Assembly: GCA_001774685.1 (NCBI GenBank)
Contig: MFAS01000001.1
Coordinates: 897,252 to 961,251, forward strand
Direction: 5' to 3'
Origin: Candidatus Collierbacteria bacterium RIFOXYD2_FULL_45_13
GTDB lineage: Bacteria; Patescibacteriota; Microgenomatia; UBA1400; MFAQ01
DNA length: 64,000 bases
How positions within the stretch are numbered: the stretch's first letter is position 1; each line of letters begins with the position of its first letter. Below, piece by piece: positions 39,490 to 49,521 of the stretch. The translations under genes were made by a program, and so were the position numbers. A model generated the notes under the pieces. It ran no database searches. It saw only the letters and a program-made list of their open reading frames with translations, and had not been told where the DNA came from.

Positions 39490-39915
39490 CTAACAGCTTC
39501 CAAAAAAACAAATCCGTTTCACTTCATGCCTTCCAAGAACAAAGCCTGCCAAAATCCACATTTTTGACGAAAGGTCCTTCAAAAGCACTTCGTGCTCAGT
39601 TTCCCCTACTCAAATCTGCCCCTGCTCCACTTTGACATCCTTCGAAAGTGGGCCTTCGTTAGAGATATGGTCCGTTTTGATGAGAAGGTCACGTAGAACG
39701 GACAAATGGTCTATCCCTGACAGCAATCATCGGTACATCAGCCAAGCATAGCTTGGCACTAGGGCTGGCAGGATTGGGGTCTTTCCCCGTTAATACAAAA
39801 TTGGGTGAACTGGTCACGACTCACGACTTTTGATCAGATATCTGACACTACGCTCCCCTTAAGCGGAGCTTGTGGAGGAAAAACCTCCCAAGTCCTGACA
39901 CAGCTTCTAGGGCCA
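39490..39915. ncRNA. candidate structured non-coding RNA of unknown class
   Basis: No credible ORF; at least 8 hairpins and long-range pairings; G-U pairs favour the + strand. Confidence 0.45.
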
Positions 39916-39985
39916 TATTCATTTAATACTTTTTTCACAACCAAGTCAAATTACAAAAAGCCCCGGCGCAAGCCGGGGCAAATCA

Positions 39986-40369
39986 CTACTCCATTCCCAG
40001 CACTCCGGGAGGCGGGATTCGAAAACTTTCCAAGTTTCCCTGTCCAAATCCAATGCAAACACTTCCCTCCGGAAACTTCTCCCAGGCCGGGTCGATACGC
40101 ACAGGGAGCTGGTAATCAGACGCACCAACTACCACCACCCCCGCTCTTTCGATATAAAGATCCCTCAGGTGGAGAATCAACACCTGCCCGTGGGCGTCTG
40201 CGGGTAATTCTGTCCATAACTCTTCGCCGATTACTGTCAGAACATCTCTGACGGTAATGCAAGCATTTAGTGGATCCATGCCCAAACTGTTCCAGATGTG
40301 CACATTGGTCAGCATCAAGGACATGGTCAAATTATCCGACAACATAATACTTCTCGTCAGATGGAACAC
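39986..40369 (-). CDS. hypothetical protein
   Basis: GAGGTG SD; terminator near 39955-39980. Confidence 0.65.
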   Translation of the reverse strand: MFHLTRSIMLSDNLTMSLMLTNVHIWNSLGMDPLNACITVRDVLTVIGEELWTELPADAHGQVLILHLRDLYIERAGVVVVGASDYQLPVRIDPAWEKFPEGSVCIGFGQGNLESFRIPPPGVLGME

Positions 40370-40484
40370 TTTTCACCTCGTCTAACCAAGATTAACGTAC
40401 CCCATAATTGTACCACTGCTCCCAGCCAACTTCCATCCTAGACAATCCATGCACAAAAGATTACAAGCGTGATAAAATAACTCG

Positions 40485-40670
40485 ATGTCTCGACCACTTG
40501 AATTTTTACGCTCGGTCAAGCTGGAGCTTGCCCAAGTAAAATGGCCCTCTCACAAAGAGGCCATGAAGATGACTGTGTTGGTAATTGTCACTACCATCAT
40601 TGTCGCTCTCTATTCCGGTGGACTAGACTATATCTTTACCGCTGCCTTACAAACAGTACTTAAACGTTAA
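40485..40670 (+). CDS. secE: preprotein translocase subunit SecE
   Basis: ELAQVKWPS motif; directly upstream of nusG. Confidence 0.93.
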   Translation: MSRPLEFLRSVKLELAQVKWPSHKEAMKMTVLVIVTTIIVALYSGGLDYIFTAALQTVLKR

Positions 40671-40676
40671 AACAAA

Positions 40677-41297
40677 ATGAAGCTAAAAGAAGCCAAAGTA
40701 CCAGCCATCGATTCTAACGCCGCTCTCAAGGTGGCCGATCCGAATCATATCATCATCACTCCGGAAGTCCCCGACTCCGCTAGGTGGTACGTCGTTCACA
40801 CCCAGTCCGGTCACGAAAATCGCGTTGCTATTACCCTGAAAACCAGAGTCGAATCGATGGGGTTGACCAACAATATCTATGAAATTCTTATCCCCACTCA
40901 GGAGAAAATCAAAATCAATAAAGGCAAAAAGATTACCATCAAAGAGAAACTTTTCCCCGGCTATATCTTGGTCCGCATGATCGTCACCGATGATGCTTGG
41001 CTCGCTGTTCGTACCACCCAAGGAGTTACCGGCTTTGTCGGCACCGCTGATCAGCCCACCCCTCTTCCGGAAAACGAAGTCAAAGCCATCACCGCCTTCG
41101 GCGAACAGGCCGCACCTAAGTTCCAATCTGCCTATACTATTTCCGAAGCAGTCAGAATCATCGAGGGACCATTCACCGACCTTTTGGGGACCATCTCCGC
41201 GATCGACGAGGCCAAAGGCAAGGTCATCGTCCTTGTCTCCATCTTCGGCCGCGAAACTCCAGTGGAATTGGATTTCTTACAGGTATCAAAGATTTAA
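40677..41297 (+). CDS. nusG: transcription elongation factor NusG
   Basis: WYVVHTQSGHE, FPGYILV, KOW domain, IFGRETPVELDF. Confidence 0.97.
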   Translation: MKLKEAKVPAIDSNAALKVADPNHIIITPEVPDSARWYVVHTQSGHENRVAITLKTRVESMGLTNNIYEILIPTQEKIKINKGKKITIKEKLFPGYILVRMIVTDDAWLAVRTTQGVTGFVGTADQPTPLPENEVKAITAFGEQAAPKFQSAYTISEAVRIIEGPFTDLLGTISAIDEAKGKVIVLVSIFGRETPVELDFLQVSKI

Positions 41298-41301
41298 TTC
41301 T

Positions 41302-41325
41302 GTAGGGGCGATTCGTGAATCGCCC
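41302..41325. repeat. GTAG-type REP palindrome
   Basis: GTAG-GGGCGATTC-GT-GAATCGCCC. Confidence 0.65.
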
Positions 41326-41408
41326 GTTCCCCTAGACAAAGTTGCAGTCCCATAGTTATTGATGGTATAATACCCCAGATCGCAACCTTTGACATTCTCG
41401 GAGGAAAA

Positions 41409-41672
41409 ATGGTATCAGAATTAGCATTGTTGATCGCTGTCCTGTATTTCTTAGTTCTTGTTCTTTCCAGCTACATCATCGCGAAATCCAACGATAGCAC
41501 CACCAAATCATTCGGCATGTTCTTGGGTTTTGTTGTCAACATTGCCTACGGCTTCACCATGGGTGTACTGGGTATCATCTTTCTCGCGCCAATCATCAAT
41601 ATTCTCTGGCTCCTCATTCCAGCTATCGCCGGTAACGTAATTGGCTATATGTTGGGACGTCTCGATAGATAA
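41409..41672 (+). CDS. small membrane protein
   Basis: TATAAT promoter, GGAGG SD, 3 TM segments. Confidence 0.7.
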   Translation: MVSELALLIAVLYFLVLVLSSYIIAKSNDSTTKSFGMFLGFVVNIAYGFTMGVLGIIFLAPIINILWLLIPAIAGNVIGYMLGRLDR

Positions 41673-41776
41673 ATACCAGAACAATTAACTTTCACTTCAT
41701 CTCGACAATCCCGCTGCAAAGCGGGATTTTTTGCCACAAAAAAGAGGGGGTACTTCCCCCTCTCAAACATTACCTG

Positions 41777-42010
41777 CTACTTGTGACGTGCATAGGCCAG
41801 GAAACAAATAGCGAAGGCCAGCAAACTAATCGAGGCGGCCAAGAATTGCGCAGTGAAATACAAGTAGGCAATCAGCCAAGCCGCAGCAACCACCAGTGCA
41901 TACGGAGCAAACAACAGGAGCGTTGCAATCCAAACACCGCCAACAAGCCGAGTGATTATGATTGCGTGATGAAGGCGGACCAGTAACCAGTTTATTACAG
42001 GTTTATCCAT
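41777..42010 (-). CDS. small membrane protein
   Basis: AGGAGG SD before ATG 42010. Confidence 0.65.
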   Translation of the reverse strand: MDKPVINWLLVRLHHAIIITRLVGGVWIATLLLFAPYALVVAAAWLIAYLYFTAQFLAASISLLAFAICFLAYARHK

Positions 42011-42021
42011 TGTTCCTCCTT

Positions 42022-42243
42022 CTAGCTTTGGCGCACCAACCACTTCCAGATCAGATTGGTCACGATGATCAAGCCACCGGCGACTACAACGGTGATGATC
42101 CATTCCGTATGTGCGGTGAAAAACAGCACTCCGACCAAGATCGGTACAGCCACAAGCGACACCTTTGCCAGCAGGTTGTAGCCACGAGCGAGCCAGTACA
42201 CAAGGTTCCAGTAGATCCTTGAAGGCAATCGATTATCAGCCAT
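42022..42243 (-). CDS. small membrane protein
   Basis: AGGAG SD. Confidence 0.65.
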   Translation of the reverse strand: MADNRLPSRIYWNLVYWLARGYNLLAKVSLVAVPILVGVLFFTAHTEWIITVVVAGGLIIVTNLIWKWLVRQS

Positions 42244-42388
42244 GGTATCTCCTCTTTTTACAGTTTTTCAGGTACGAACAAAACATTCTAACGCCCTATA
42301 ATACCACAAACACGCTCAAAAGTCAAGCTGCCAGACACGCATCCAGGTACAAAAAAGAGGGGGTACTTCCCCCTCTGAGCGAACGACT

Positions 42389-42550
42389 TTACCGGTGAAA
42401 AACAAAATAGAAGAAAATCGCCACAAACGCCACAAACAAGATAAAGGCGAGCACAAAACTGATCATCCCGGCGAAGTGGAGCCACAAAATAACGGCACTT
42501 ACCATTGCGGGGATGACAAAGAATACAGAGATTGCTTTTAATCCAGCCAT
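42389..42550 (-). CDS. small 2-TM protein
   Basis: GGAG SD before ATG 42550. Confidence 0.55.
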   Translation of the reverse strand: MAGLKAISVFFVIPAMVSAVILWLHFAGMISFVLAFILFVAFVAIFFYFVFHR

Positions 42551-42990
42551 TGTTTCTCCGGAAAGAGCATTTTCATACCAGATTCCGCAATTTCCACATC
42601 CTGATCCTCGGTTCCTCCGGAAAAGCCAACATATACGCAATAGTCTCCTTCCTGGCGAAGCAGGCCACCACGATACGCGGACTCGCCTTTCCTTAGACTG
42701 CCCGGAAGGTGCCCACTCCGATAACCTGTCCCCATCATCACTGCCAGTTTTTCCATAGCGATACCAAAGTGGTTGGTACCCAAGTCACCTTCGCCGCGAG
42801 AATCGCGCTGAAAACGACCCTCGACAATGGCAAATTGCAAATTCCGAATATTGGTTCTGGCCTCCTGGACCGAAATGAAGGCCACTCCGTGTTCGATCCC
42901 CATTCTCTTGGCTATGGAGATCATCGCCGTCAAAGCCCCGATCTGGATATACTCATTCGCAAACAGCTTGTTGTTATCCATTCCAACCAT
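42538..42990 (-). CDS. GlcG/HbpS heme-binding-like protein
   Basis: IA..K, RGG, VGFSGGTEDQDVEIA motif. Confidence 0.6.
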   Translation of the reverse strand: MVGMDNNKLFANEYIQIGALTAMISIAKRMGIEHGVAFISVQEARTNIRNLQFAIVEGRFQRDSRGEGDLGTNHFGIAMEKLAVMMGTGYRSGHLPGSLRKGESAYRGGLLRQEGDYCVYVGFSGGTEDQDVEIAESGMKMLFPEKQWLD

Positions 42991-43080
42991 CCTCCAAAAA
43001 ATTTTTTAAAGATCAGGACGTATTTTACATCAAACTTGACGGCCGTCCCCATTTCTGCCATATTTAAATCACACCTAGTT

Positions 43081-43437
43081 ATGAAAAACCTTAGCGGTCA
43101 AGAATCACTTTGGGTCGCTTTCCCCATCCTTGTTGTCATCCTCATTCTCATTGCCGGGCTAATCTTTCTGCCTCGTGTCCAAACCGAGATCCGTAGCAAA
43201 GCTTCCGAGCCCACTCCCTCAGTAATAATTACCCCAAGGAGACTCACACCCGCACCGGCTCCTGAAATTGTCTGCAGTGCTCTCTATAGCCCAGTTTGCG
43301 GCGCCAACGGCGTTACCTACCCCAACTCCTGTGAGGCCAATCTGGCCGGAATCACGAACTATTTGGAAGGAAAGTGTGTGAAACCAACCACCACCAAAAC
43401 CCCTGCTCTTCAGTACAATCTACCCACCACCAATTAG
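43081..43437 (+). CDS. membrane-anchored Kazal-type domain protein
   Basis: TM segment plus CSALYSPVCGANGVTYPNSC...GKC. Confidence 0.8.
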   Translation: MKNLSGQESLWVAFPILVVILILIAGLIFLPRVQTEIRSKASEPTPSVIITPRRLTPAPAPEIVCSALYSPVCGANGVTYPNSCEANLAGITNYLEGKCVKPTTTKTPALQYNLPTTN

Positions 43438-43745
43438 CTAGACAAATCCCTTAGATTGATACCGTCCGGAAAAATCATTTTCCTAATTTCTTCGTCGTTT
43501 ATATCACCTGGATTAAATACGTAGTAGACATCTCTACCTCCTCGAACATATGTCCTGGCCTCACCGTTTGCCACAAACGAGTCCCCAAGCACCGTAAGTA
43601 AACCAGTATACAAATTGACCAATACTCCACCTTCTTTAACACACAGATAAAAACTGCCCTTCGGAACCATGTCGTAAGTCGAAACCATCACTCGCCCCAA
43701 ACTCCATTTTTTTTCCAACTTCTCGTTTTCCCTACCCATACCCAC
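43434..43745 (-). CDS. hypothetical protein
   Basis: ORF with leaderless-type promoter. Confidence 0.5.
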   Translation of the reverse strand: MGMGRENEKLEKKWSLGRVMVSTYDMVPKGSFYLCVKEGGVLVNLYTGLLTVLGDSFVANGEARTYVRGGRDVYYVFNPGDINDEEIRKMIFPDGINLRDLSS

Positions 43746-43819
43746 AATTTAGCATATTTCATCGAACCGGGTGTAAAATACTATATCGAGTAAAGTAATT
43801 TAACATTAAGGAGGTGGCC

Positions 43820-44272
43820 ATGTCTGACCAGTTCATGTCCTATCAAGGATATTCCGGCCCATGCACTTTCAAAGTTCAAGGACCAAACTCATTATTTTAT
43901 AAGGGTGTGGCGAATAACAATGCGCAAGTATTTACAGTACCGGGCGTAGGAACAGTTTCCATCTACGATTTTCGCCCAAACACCATCCGCGCAGTCTCAA
44001 CGGCCGTGCTGACCGGGGATTTTGGTCCGGTAATCAAGGCCTTCAAACAAACCGCTTCGGTAACTGTCAGCCAGGAAGCCGGACATTTCTACATTGAAGT
44101 TGAACCCATCAACTCCTGGTTCCTTAGATTTCTGGCTTGGTTAGGCAGCAAGAAAACCATCTGGATCTCTACCAACGTCGGTCAGAGCCTACCCATAAAG
44201 AGTTATCTTTTTTGCGAGCACTTCCGAGCTCGTGGCCACCGGTTTTCGGTTTTTAGTCTCTACACCCGATAA
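43820..44272 (+). CDS. hypothetical protein
   Basis: AAGGAGG SD. Confidence 0.7.
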   Translation: MSDQFMSYQGYSGPCTFKVQGPNSLFYKGVANNNAQVFTVPGVGTVSIYDFRPNTIRAVSTAVLTGDFGPVIKAFKQTASVTVSQEAGHFYIEVEPINSWFLRFLAWLGSKKTIWISTNVGQSLPIKSYLFCEHFRARGHRFSVFSLYTR

Positions 44273-44285
44273 AGGATGGGTTCTC

Positions 44286-44627
44286 ATGGAACTACAAAAA
44301 TGTAGGGCTGTAATTGGCGTCTATCGCACCAATCACCCCAATTGGCATCAGGCACAGACTGACTACGCCATTTCAACGCTCGGACTGTCACTAGACGAGT
44401 ATATTGGGTCGGTAATTCTAATGAATTACTATTTTCAGAGTATGGGAATAATTTCCGACTTTGTCGTCAAGGTAGCGGGTAGACTCGAGAAGCCACCCAA
44501 GCTCAATAAAGCCAACTTCTACAAGGCGGTGGAGATAGCTTCGAAAATAGCAGCGCTAGGAATGAACTCAGAGGCGGATTTAACGTCCGCAATTCATAAA
44601 TTCAAAGAAGTCATGCGCCTCGAATAG
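44286..44627 (+). CDS. hypothetical protein
   Basis: AAGGA SD; terminator near 44638. Confidence 0.6.
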   Translation: MELQKCRAVIGVYRTNHPNWHQAQTDYAISTLGLSLDEYIGSVILMNYYFQSMGIISDFVVKVAGRLEKPPKLNKANFYKAVEIASKIAALGMNSEADLTSAIHKFKEVMRLE

Positions 44628-44736
44628 ACCTCAAACTTCTCGCCGTAAGGCGGGAATTTTTGTACGCGTAGTTTGACTTCCACGCACAATTGTAGTACAC
44701 TACAGGACATCTGCTCACTTTCACAAAGGAGACAAC

Positions 44737-45111
44737 ATGCTTCGCAAATTGATTCTTTTTTTCATTCGCTGGCTCGCTCGTTACAATAATGAGATTATCC
44801 TCGAGAACAAACATCGAGGCATTATGATCGTCAAGCTCGACCGCTTAATTTTCGATGTTGACAGCGCATTCAAGGCAGGAAAAATTGGCCGTATTGTGCA
44901 CGAATTGTTGACCGAAAAGGGTCTTACCCCGGCCACCGAAGTCTACTATGCGTCCAGGCGGGCGAGCGATATCGGCCAGCTCAACCAATTTGACTGTGTC
45001 GAAATCATGTTTGCCACGGATCTTGAAGCTGCCCAAAAAGACCCCGAATATCACTTCCTGGTCATGAACGCCCCAGCTGCCTTCATCCAGCCCATCACCA
45101 CTCCAAAATAA
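44737..45111 (+). CDS. hypothetical protein
   Basis: TTGACT/TACACT promoter, AAGGAG SD. Confidence 0.7.
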   Translation: MLRKLILFFIRWLARYNNEIILENKHRGIMIVKLDRLIFDVDSAFKAGKIGRIVHELLTEKGLTPATEVYYASRRASDIGQLNQFDCVEIMFATDLEAAQKDPEYHFLVMNAPAAFIQPITTPK

Positions 45112-45193
45112 CCACCTCTTCCTCCAACTCTCCCCTTGCCGCGTTCCCACGCGGCATTTTTTGTGCTAAAATCTCTCTACCTCGTCATTGATG

Positions 45194-45236
45194 AGGGAGC
45201 TACTCGAAAAGAGTCCGCGAACTAAGTCAAACCACT
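45194..45236 (+). promoter_or_regulatory. putative L1-binding autoregulatory leader of rplK-rplA
   Basis: GGGAG...hairpin...AAACCAC in the rplK leader. Confidence 0.45.
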
Positions 45237-45347
45237 GATTTCTATATCGTCGCCACCCGGCCGACTTATTCAAAACCCCTTTTCGCGTCAGCCACATAAT
45301 ACATGCAAATGTAAAATGTAAAATTATAAATATAAAATATTTTTCTT

Positions 45348-45773
45348 ATGGCCAAAAAAGTCAAAGCCATCCTGAAGCTCAACCTTCCCGGTGGTACCGC
45401 CAATCCCGCTCCTCCTGTAGGTCCAGCACTAGGTCAGCACGGTGTCAATATCATGGAGTTCATCCAGCAATACAACGCCAAGACAGCCGACATGAAAGGT
45501 CAGGTCATCCCCGCCCTCGTCACCATTTACGAAGATCGTTCCTTCAAGTTCGAGCTCAAGACCCCTCCGGTTTCCGCCCTCATCAAACAAGTTTTAAACC
45601 TTAAGCTTGGTTCCGGCGAACCAAACAAAAAGAAAGTTGGCACCATTACCAAGGACCAAATTCGAGCTATTGCCGAGAAAAAAATGGCCGACATGAACAC
45701 GAGCAACGTGGAATCCGCCATCAAAATGATTGAAGGCACATGCAAGTCCATGGGTATAACAATTGCCGAATAA
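45348..45773 (+). CDS. rplK: 50S ribosomal protein L11
   Basis: [18 protein letters not shown]. Confidence 0.98.
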   Translation: MAKKVKAILKLNLPGGTANPAPPVGPALGQHGVNIMEFIQQYNAKTADMKGQVIPALVTIYEDRSFKFELKTPPVSALIKQVLNLKLGSGEPNKKKVGTITKDQIRAIAEKKMADMNTSNVESAIKMIEGTCKSMGITIAE

Positions 45774-45778
45774 CTACT

Positions 45779-46648
45779 ATGACAAAAATAAACTGGAAAG
45801 AACTCTACTCCGATCTCCCCACCCACGTTGCCGAAGCGCTTCGCGAGGCTCGTTTGAAGCCCGAACAGATCATTGCCAAAGAAGACGGTGAACTCATGGC
45901 TATCAATGGCATCACCGAAAAAGATGTCGAGTCTATTCGCCTTCTCTACAATGCGGAGACTGTCAAAGTTGATGCGGTCACCGCTTCACCCACCGTCCCT
46001 GGCGAAGTCGAAGCTACCGAAGAAGTCAAACCCAAGAAGGTCATTGCTCCCAAAAAGCATGGTAAGAAGTACAAGATGATGGCCAAAGAAATCAAAAAAG
46101 ACGAAATGTACTCCATCGAAGATGCTGTAGCCAAACTTCAAAAACTTTCTCAGAACTCCAAACTTAAAACCGTCGAACTCACGATCAACACCCGCGAAAC
46201 AGGACTGCGCGGAGAACTAAAACTCCCCCACAGCACAGGTAAAGAAGTAAAAATCGCCATTTTCTCGGACCAAGTCGCCAAGGATGTAGAAGCAGGAAAA
46301 ATAAACTTCAGCATACTCCTGGCAACTCCGGCCGACATGCCCAAACTGGCTCGACTGGCAAAAATACTTGGACCCAAAGGTCTCATGCCTAATCCCAAAT
46401 CGGGCACCGTCACCGACAATCCTGAGAAAAGAGCCGCCGACCTCGCCGCCGGAGGAACCTTGCCTTACAAGACAGAGGCCAAGTTCCCCATTATTCATCT
46501 GGCTCTGGGTAAATCTACTCAAGACGCCAAAGATCTGGTCGAAAATATTACCGAAGCCCTCAAGGCTATCGGAGCCACCAGAATCAAAAACGCCTACCTC
46601 TCTTGCACTCACACTCCCAGCATGAAGATCCATCTCGGAGCGCTGTAA
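45779..46648 (+). CDS. rplA: 50S ribosomal protein L1 with N-terminal HhH-like extension
   Basis: LPHSTGK, LGPKGLMPNPKSGTVT; follows rplK. Confidence 0.93.
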   Translation: MTKINWKELYSDLPTHVAEALREARLKPEQIIAKEDGELMAINGITEKDVESIRLLYNAETVKVDAVTASPTVPGEVEATEEVKPKKVIAPKKHGKKYKMMAKEIKKDEMYSIEDAVAKLQKLSQNSKLKTVELTINTRETGLRGELKLPHSTGKEVKIAIFSDQVAKDVEAGKINFSILLATPADMPKLARLAKILGPKGLMPNPKSGTVTDNPEKRAADLAAGGTLPYKTEAKFPIIHLALGKSTQDAKDLVENITEALKAIGATRIKNAYLSCTHTPSMKIHLGAL

Positions 46649-46772
46649 CCCCTCGTCACCACACATACACCAACAAAAAATCCTCCGCATGGAGGATTTT
46701 TTGATGCTAGCAATGCTATAATTCCAACTATAAGACAGAAAGCCGTCAAACTTTAATTTTTCAGGAGGTACT

Positions 46773-47000
46773 ATGCACATTCTTACCGCGACTCTGATTT
46801 TCGGGGTTGTGCTTACTACCACGATCCTTTCGATCAATGCCATGGTAAACGGTAATCCTGCCGCGAAGCATCTTCGATGTCGGTTTGGATTCCATCCTTA
46901 TACCGACGGTGTTGACCGATTCCCCGGGCAGCTTTTCTGTCCTCTTTGCGAACAGACTACGCCGGATGAGGAGCCATATTCTGACGATTATTACGACTAA
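46773..47000 (+). CDS. small TM plus Zn-binding protein
   Basis: AGGAGG SD; CRFGFH...CPLC. Confidence 0.7.
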   Translation: MHILTATLIFGVVLTTTILSINAMVNGNPAAKHLRCRFGFHPYTDGVDRFPGQLFCPLCEQTTPDEEPYSDDYYD

Positions 47001-47080
47001 ATCCCGTACCAAGTACGGGATTTTTTGTACTACTCTAACCACAAAAATGGGGTGCCGTAAGGCACCCCAAAAACAGAAAA

Positions 47081-48757
47081 CTAAAAGATCATCGCGATAA
47101 ACCAGATCGCGGTGACAAGCGGGTAAAGTACCATGAGGGCAAACGACATGGCGTCGTACCGGGAGTTTACCTTCCAGCGATTGGTGAAATCGTCTTGAGG
47201 TCCACTCGATCGGCCTTCGTGGTTAGAAGGCTCCTGCTTTCCCACAAACGCGGTTCCGTTGGCTGTTTCGGGGGGCATGATGGCCGTGGAGATAAAATCT
47301 CCACCCACATAGGCAATACCCAAACCGATCAGAGCACCAACAAAAACACGTCCGGTGAACAGCGCGGTGAAAAAGAATTGTTGGATCAGCGGCATCGAGG
47401 CAGACGCCGGAGGCACCAAACCCAGCAGGAAATAGATCAACCAGGTTATACCTCCAAGAATCAAAATCATGATGAGTGCCGTCAGCAGACCGCGGAGGCC
47501 TTGATGAGTTCTGCTCATCTCTTTCGCCTCCAAGAAGATTCCGGCCGCCATGAGGATTGCACCGAGGACAACCAGGTAGGTACTTGGGGTGAACCACCAA
47601 ATAATCACCACACCGGTGATAAACAAGCCGGCTACAGCCAAGGCGGTGTAATCGATACGTCCTGCCGTTGAGGCTTGCCAGTTTGACCACAGGTTTATCA
47701 CGATCCCCATCAAAACAAATGGCCAAGACTCCACCACGTAAGCGTTTCCCACAGCCGCGAGACCCGCGGTAATTACAGTCGCAATCAGCTTCCCGCCCAA
47801 CACACCGACAAACAAGGCTATCAGCCCGCGTTTCGCCGCTTTAACGTCCGTCACTTCTTCGGCCGCTAAACGATCCTGTTTCAATAGCGTCCAAAGCATA
47901 ACGATTGGAATGATCCACAACAGCCATCGCGTCGGAAAGCGCTTGAAGAGATAGTTCGGACTATTCGGGTCGTTAATCACAGGCTTGTCCAAGAAAGCGC
48001 CGCGCTCTTCGCTGCTTTTCGCATTCAGTGACAAGAACTCTTGCCAGCGGCTTTGTTCTGCAGAAGGCTGCTGGGTGGGTACGACACCAGGTTGAGTCGG
48101 AACGACCGATTGGGTGGGTTGGCCACTGGCTGGAGTGTTTCTGGGAATGTAATCACCACCACCTCCACCAGAGATCGAGAAGTAAGCAACTCCACCACCA
48201 ACCAAAAGGAGAATGACGATCGCGATGATCGCGATGGTCAGGCCCTTTTTCTTGGCTCCGGCAGGCTTTTCAGCTGCCACAGCCGCCTCAGAGGGGGTGC
48301 CTTTTTTGGGCCAAATCCCCTTAAGGAAGCCGCCCTTCGGCGTAGACTCCGGATCAGCCTTCTGGCGCCGACCGGTGCTCTTCTTAATCGCAGGTTGCTC
48401 AGCAGAAACGTTTTCTGCAGCTGGTGACGGGGCTCCGCGTTTCATACGCAGGGCTTCGGAACGAGTTAGTTTGCCCACGCCACCAGCCTTTGGAGCAGGA
48501 GGCACGGCAGGAATAGCCGATGCCGGTGGGGGCATCGGAATGGCAGCTCCCGGCTTTTGCACCGGGGTATCGTCCGATCCCTTCAAATACTCGAGCATTT
48601 CCTGACCAGTCCAGCTTCCCTTCAAGGCATCATCAATCACCTTGTCGGCATCGGCACGAACACTTAAAAGTCCATAGATATTCGACAGTGCCTGGCCTCT
48701 AATTTTGGCTTTCTCATTCACCCATTCACGAAATTTGGCGCTATCAGTGACTGCCAT
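47081..48757 (-). CDS. multi-TM membrane protein with long cytoplasmic N-terminus
   Basis: GGAGG SD, TTGACG/TATAAT promoter, about 10 TM segments. Confidence 0.8.
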   Translation of the reverse strand: MAVTDSAKFREWVNEKAKIRGQALSNIYGLLSVRADADKVIDDALKGSWTGQEMLEYLKGSDDTPVQKPGAAIPMPPPASAIPAVPPAPKAGGVGKLTRSEALRMKRGAPSPAAENVSAEQPAIKKSTGRRQKADPESTPKGGFLKGIWPKKGTPSEAAVAAEKPAGAKKKGLTIAIIAIVILLLVGGGVAYFSISGGGGGDYIPRNTPASGQPTQSVVPTQPGVVPTQQPSAEQSRWQEFLSLNAKSSEERGAFLDKPVINDPNSPNYLFKRFPTRWLLWIIPIVMLWTLLKQDRLAAEEVTDVKAAKRGLIALFVGVLGGKLIATVITAGLAAVGNAYVVESWPFVLMGIVINLWSNWQASTAGRIDYTALAVAGLFITGVVIIWWFTPSTYLVVLGAILMAAGIFLEAKEMSRTHQGLRGLLTALIMILILGGITWLIYFLLGLVPPASASMPLIQQFFFTALFTGRVFVGALIGLGIAYVGGDFISTAIMPPETANGTAFVGKQEPSNHEGRSSGPQDDFTNRWKVNSRYDAMSFALMVLYPLVTAIWFIAMIF

Positions 48758-48940
48758 TTTTCACCTCCAATAAATACAGATTTGTTAAAGTCCCATCTCC
48801 TCAAAGGATTTGAGTCGACATTGTCCTGAATTATACTACTTTTTCCACTCGTCAAGCCGATAATAAGCTGTACCAAGCATCACCTGCCCTCCATATAAGA
48901 TACTAAAGAGCCCCGCCGTTAGGCGGGGCACATAATAAAT

Positions 48941-49360
48941 TCATCGCAAAAGGAAGGTCATCAGCCCGTTTCGGGTCGTTACTTCTACAACATCCAAATC
49001 AGTTAAGGACTTGATGATGGTTAGAGGGTTATCAATCCGTTCGATACGTGCCCAGGCCAGGAAATCTTCACGGCACATTCCACAGAAAGACAATGCGATC
49101 AGGGTCTTGATTTGTTGTTCATTCAAGCGGAGCCTTTGATCAAGCAACTCCACCGTGAACTGTGGATATGCTTCAGCCTTGGCGACGATAAGGCCCATAT
49201 CCAGTAGTGTTCTCACATCTCCGGCACGATGGTTGATTTCCCACTGAGGCACGGACACCGGTCCCTGAAGCACCTGTCTCCACAAAGAAGCGGCGTGCTG
49301 GGGTACGCTGATCTTGGTCAATCTTCCTCCTGTAAGGGTGCAAGGTTGTCGAACCTCCAC
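48941..49360 (-). CDS. hypothetical protein (possible tandem winged helix)
   Basis: ORF; terminator near 48910-48929. Confidence 0.55.
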   Translation of the reverse strand: MEVRQPCTLTGGRLTKISVPQHAASLWRQVLQGPVSVPQWEINHRAGDVRTLLDMGLIVAKAEAYPQFTVELLDQRLRLNEQQIKTLIALSFCGMCREDFLAWARIERIDNPLTIIKSLTDLDVVEVTTRNGLMTFLLR

Positions 49361-49430
49361 ATTTTACCATCCCCCGCTACCTCCGGGTGCTCTCTTGCAT
49401 TTTCTACCCCATCACTCTATAATCCCCTTT

Positions 49431-49506
49431 AGTTCCAAGACCAGAGGCAATCATTAAGCCCTCTGCAGAACCTTCATAAGGCTCTCTTGAAATGGAGCTA
49501 TTTTTG
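49431..49506 (+). promoter_or_regulatory. L10 leader
   Basis: CCAAGAC-CAGAGG...TTAA...CCTCTG pattern upstream of rplJ. Confidence 0.65.
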
Positions 49507-49521
49507 TACCAAAAAAACAAC

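Noticed and set aside
39490-39915. Assignment as RNase P RNA, tmRNA or hammerhead ribozyme
   Set aside because: No intact GAGGAAAGUCC/P4 partner, no tRNA-like ends or tag ORF, and the core reads TTGATGA rather than CTGATGA.
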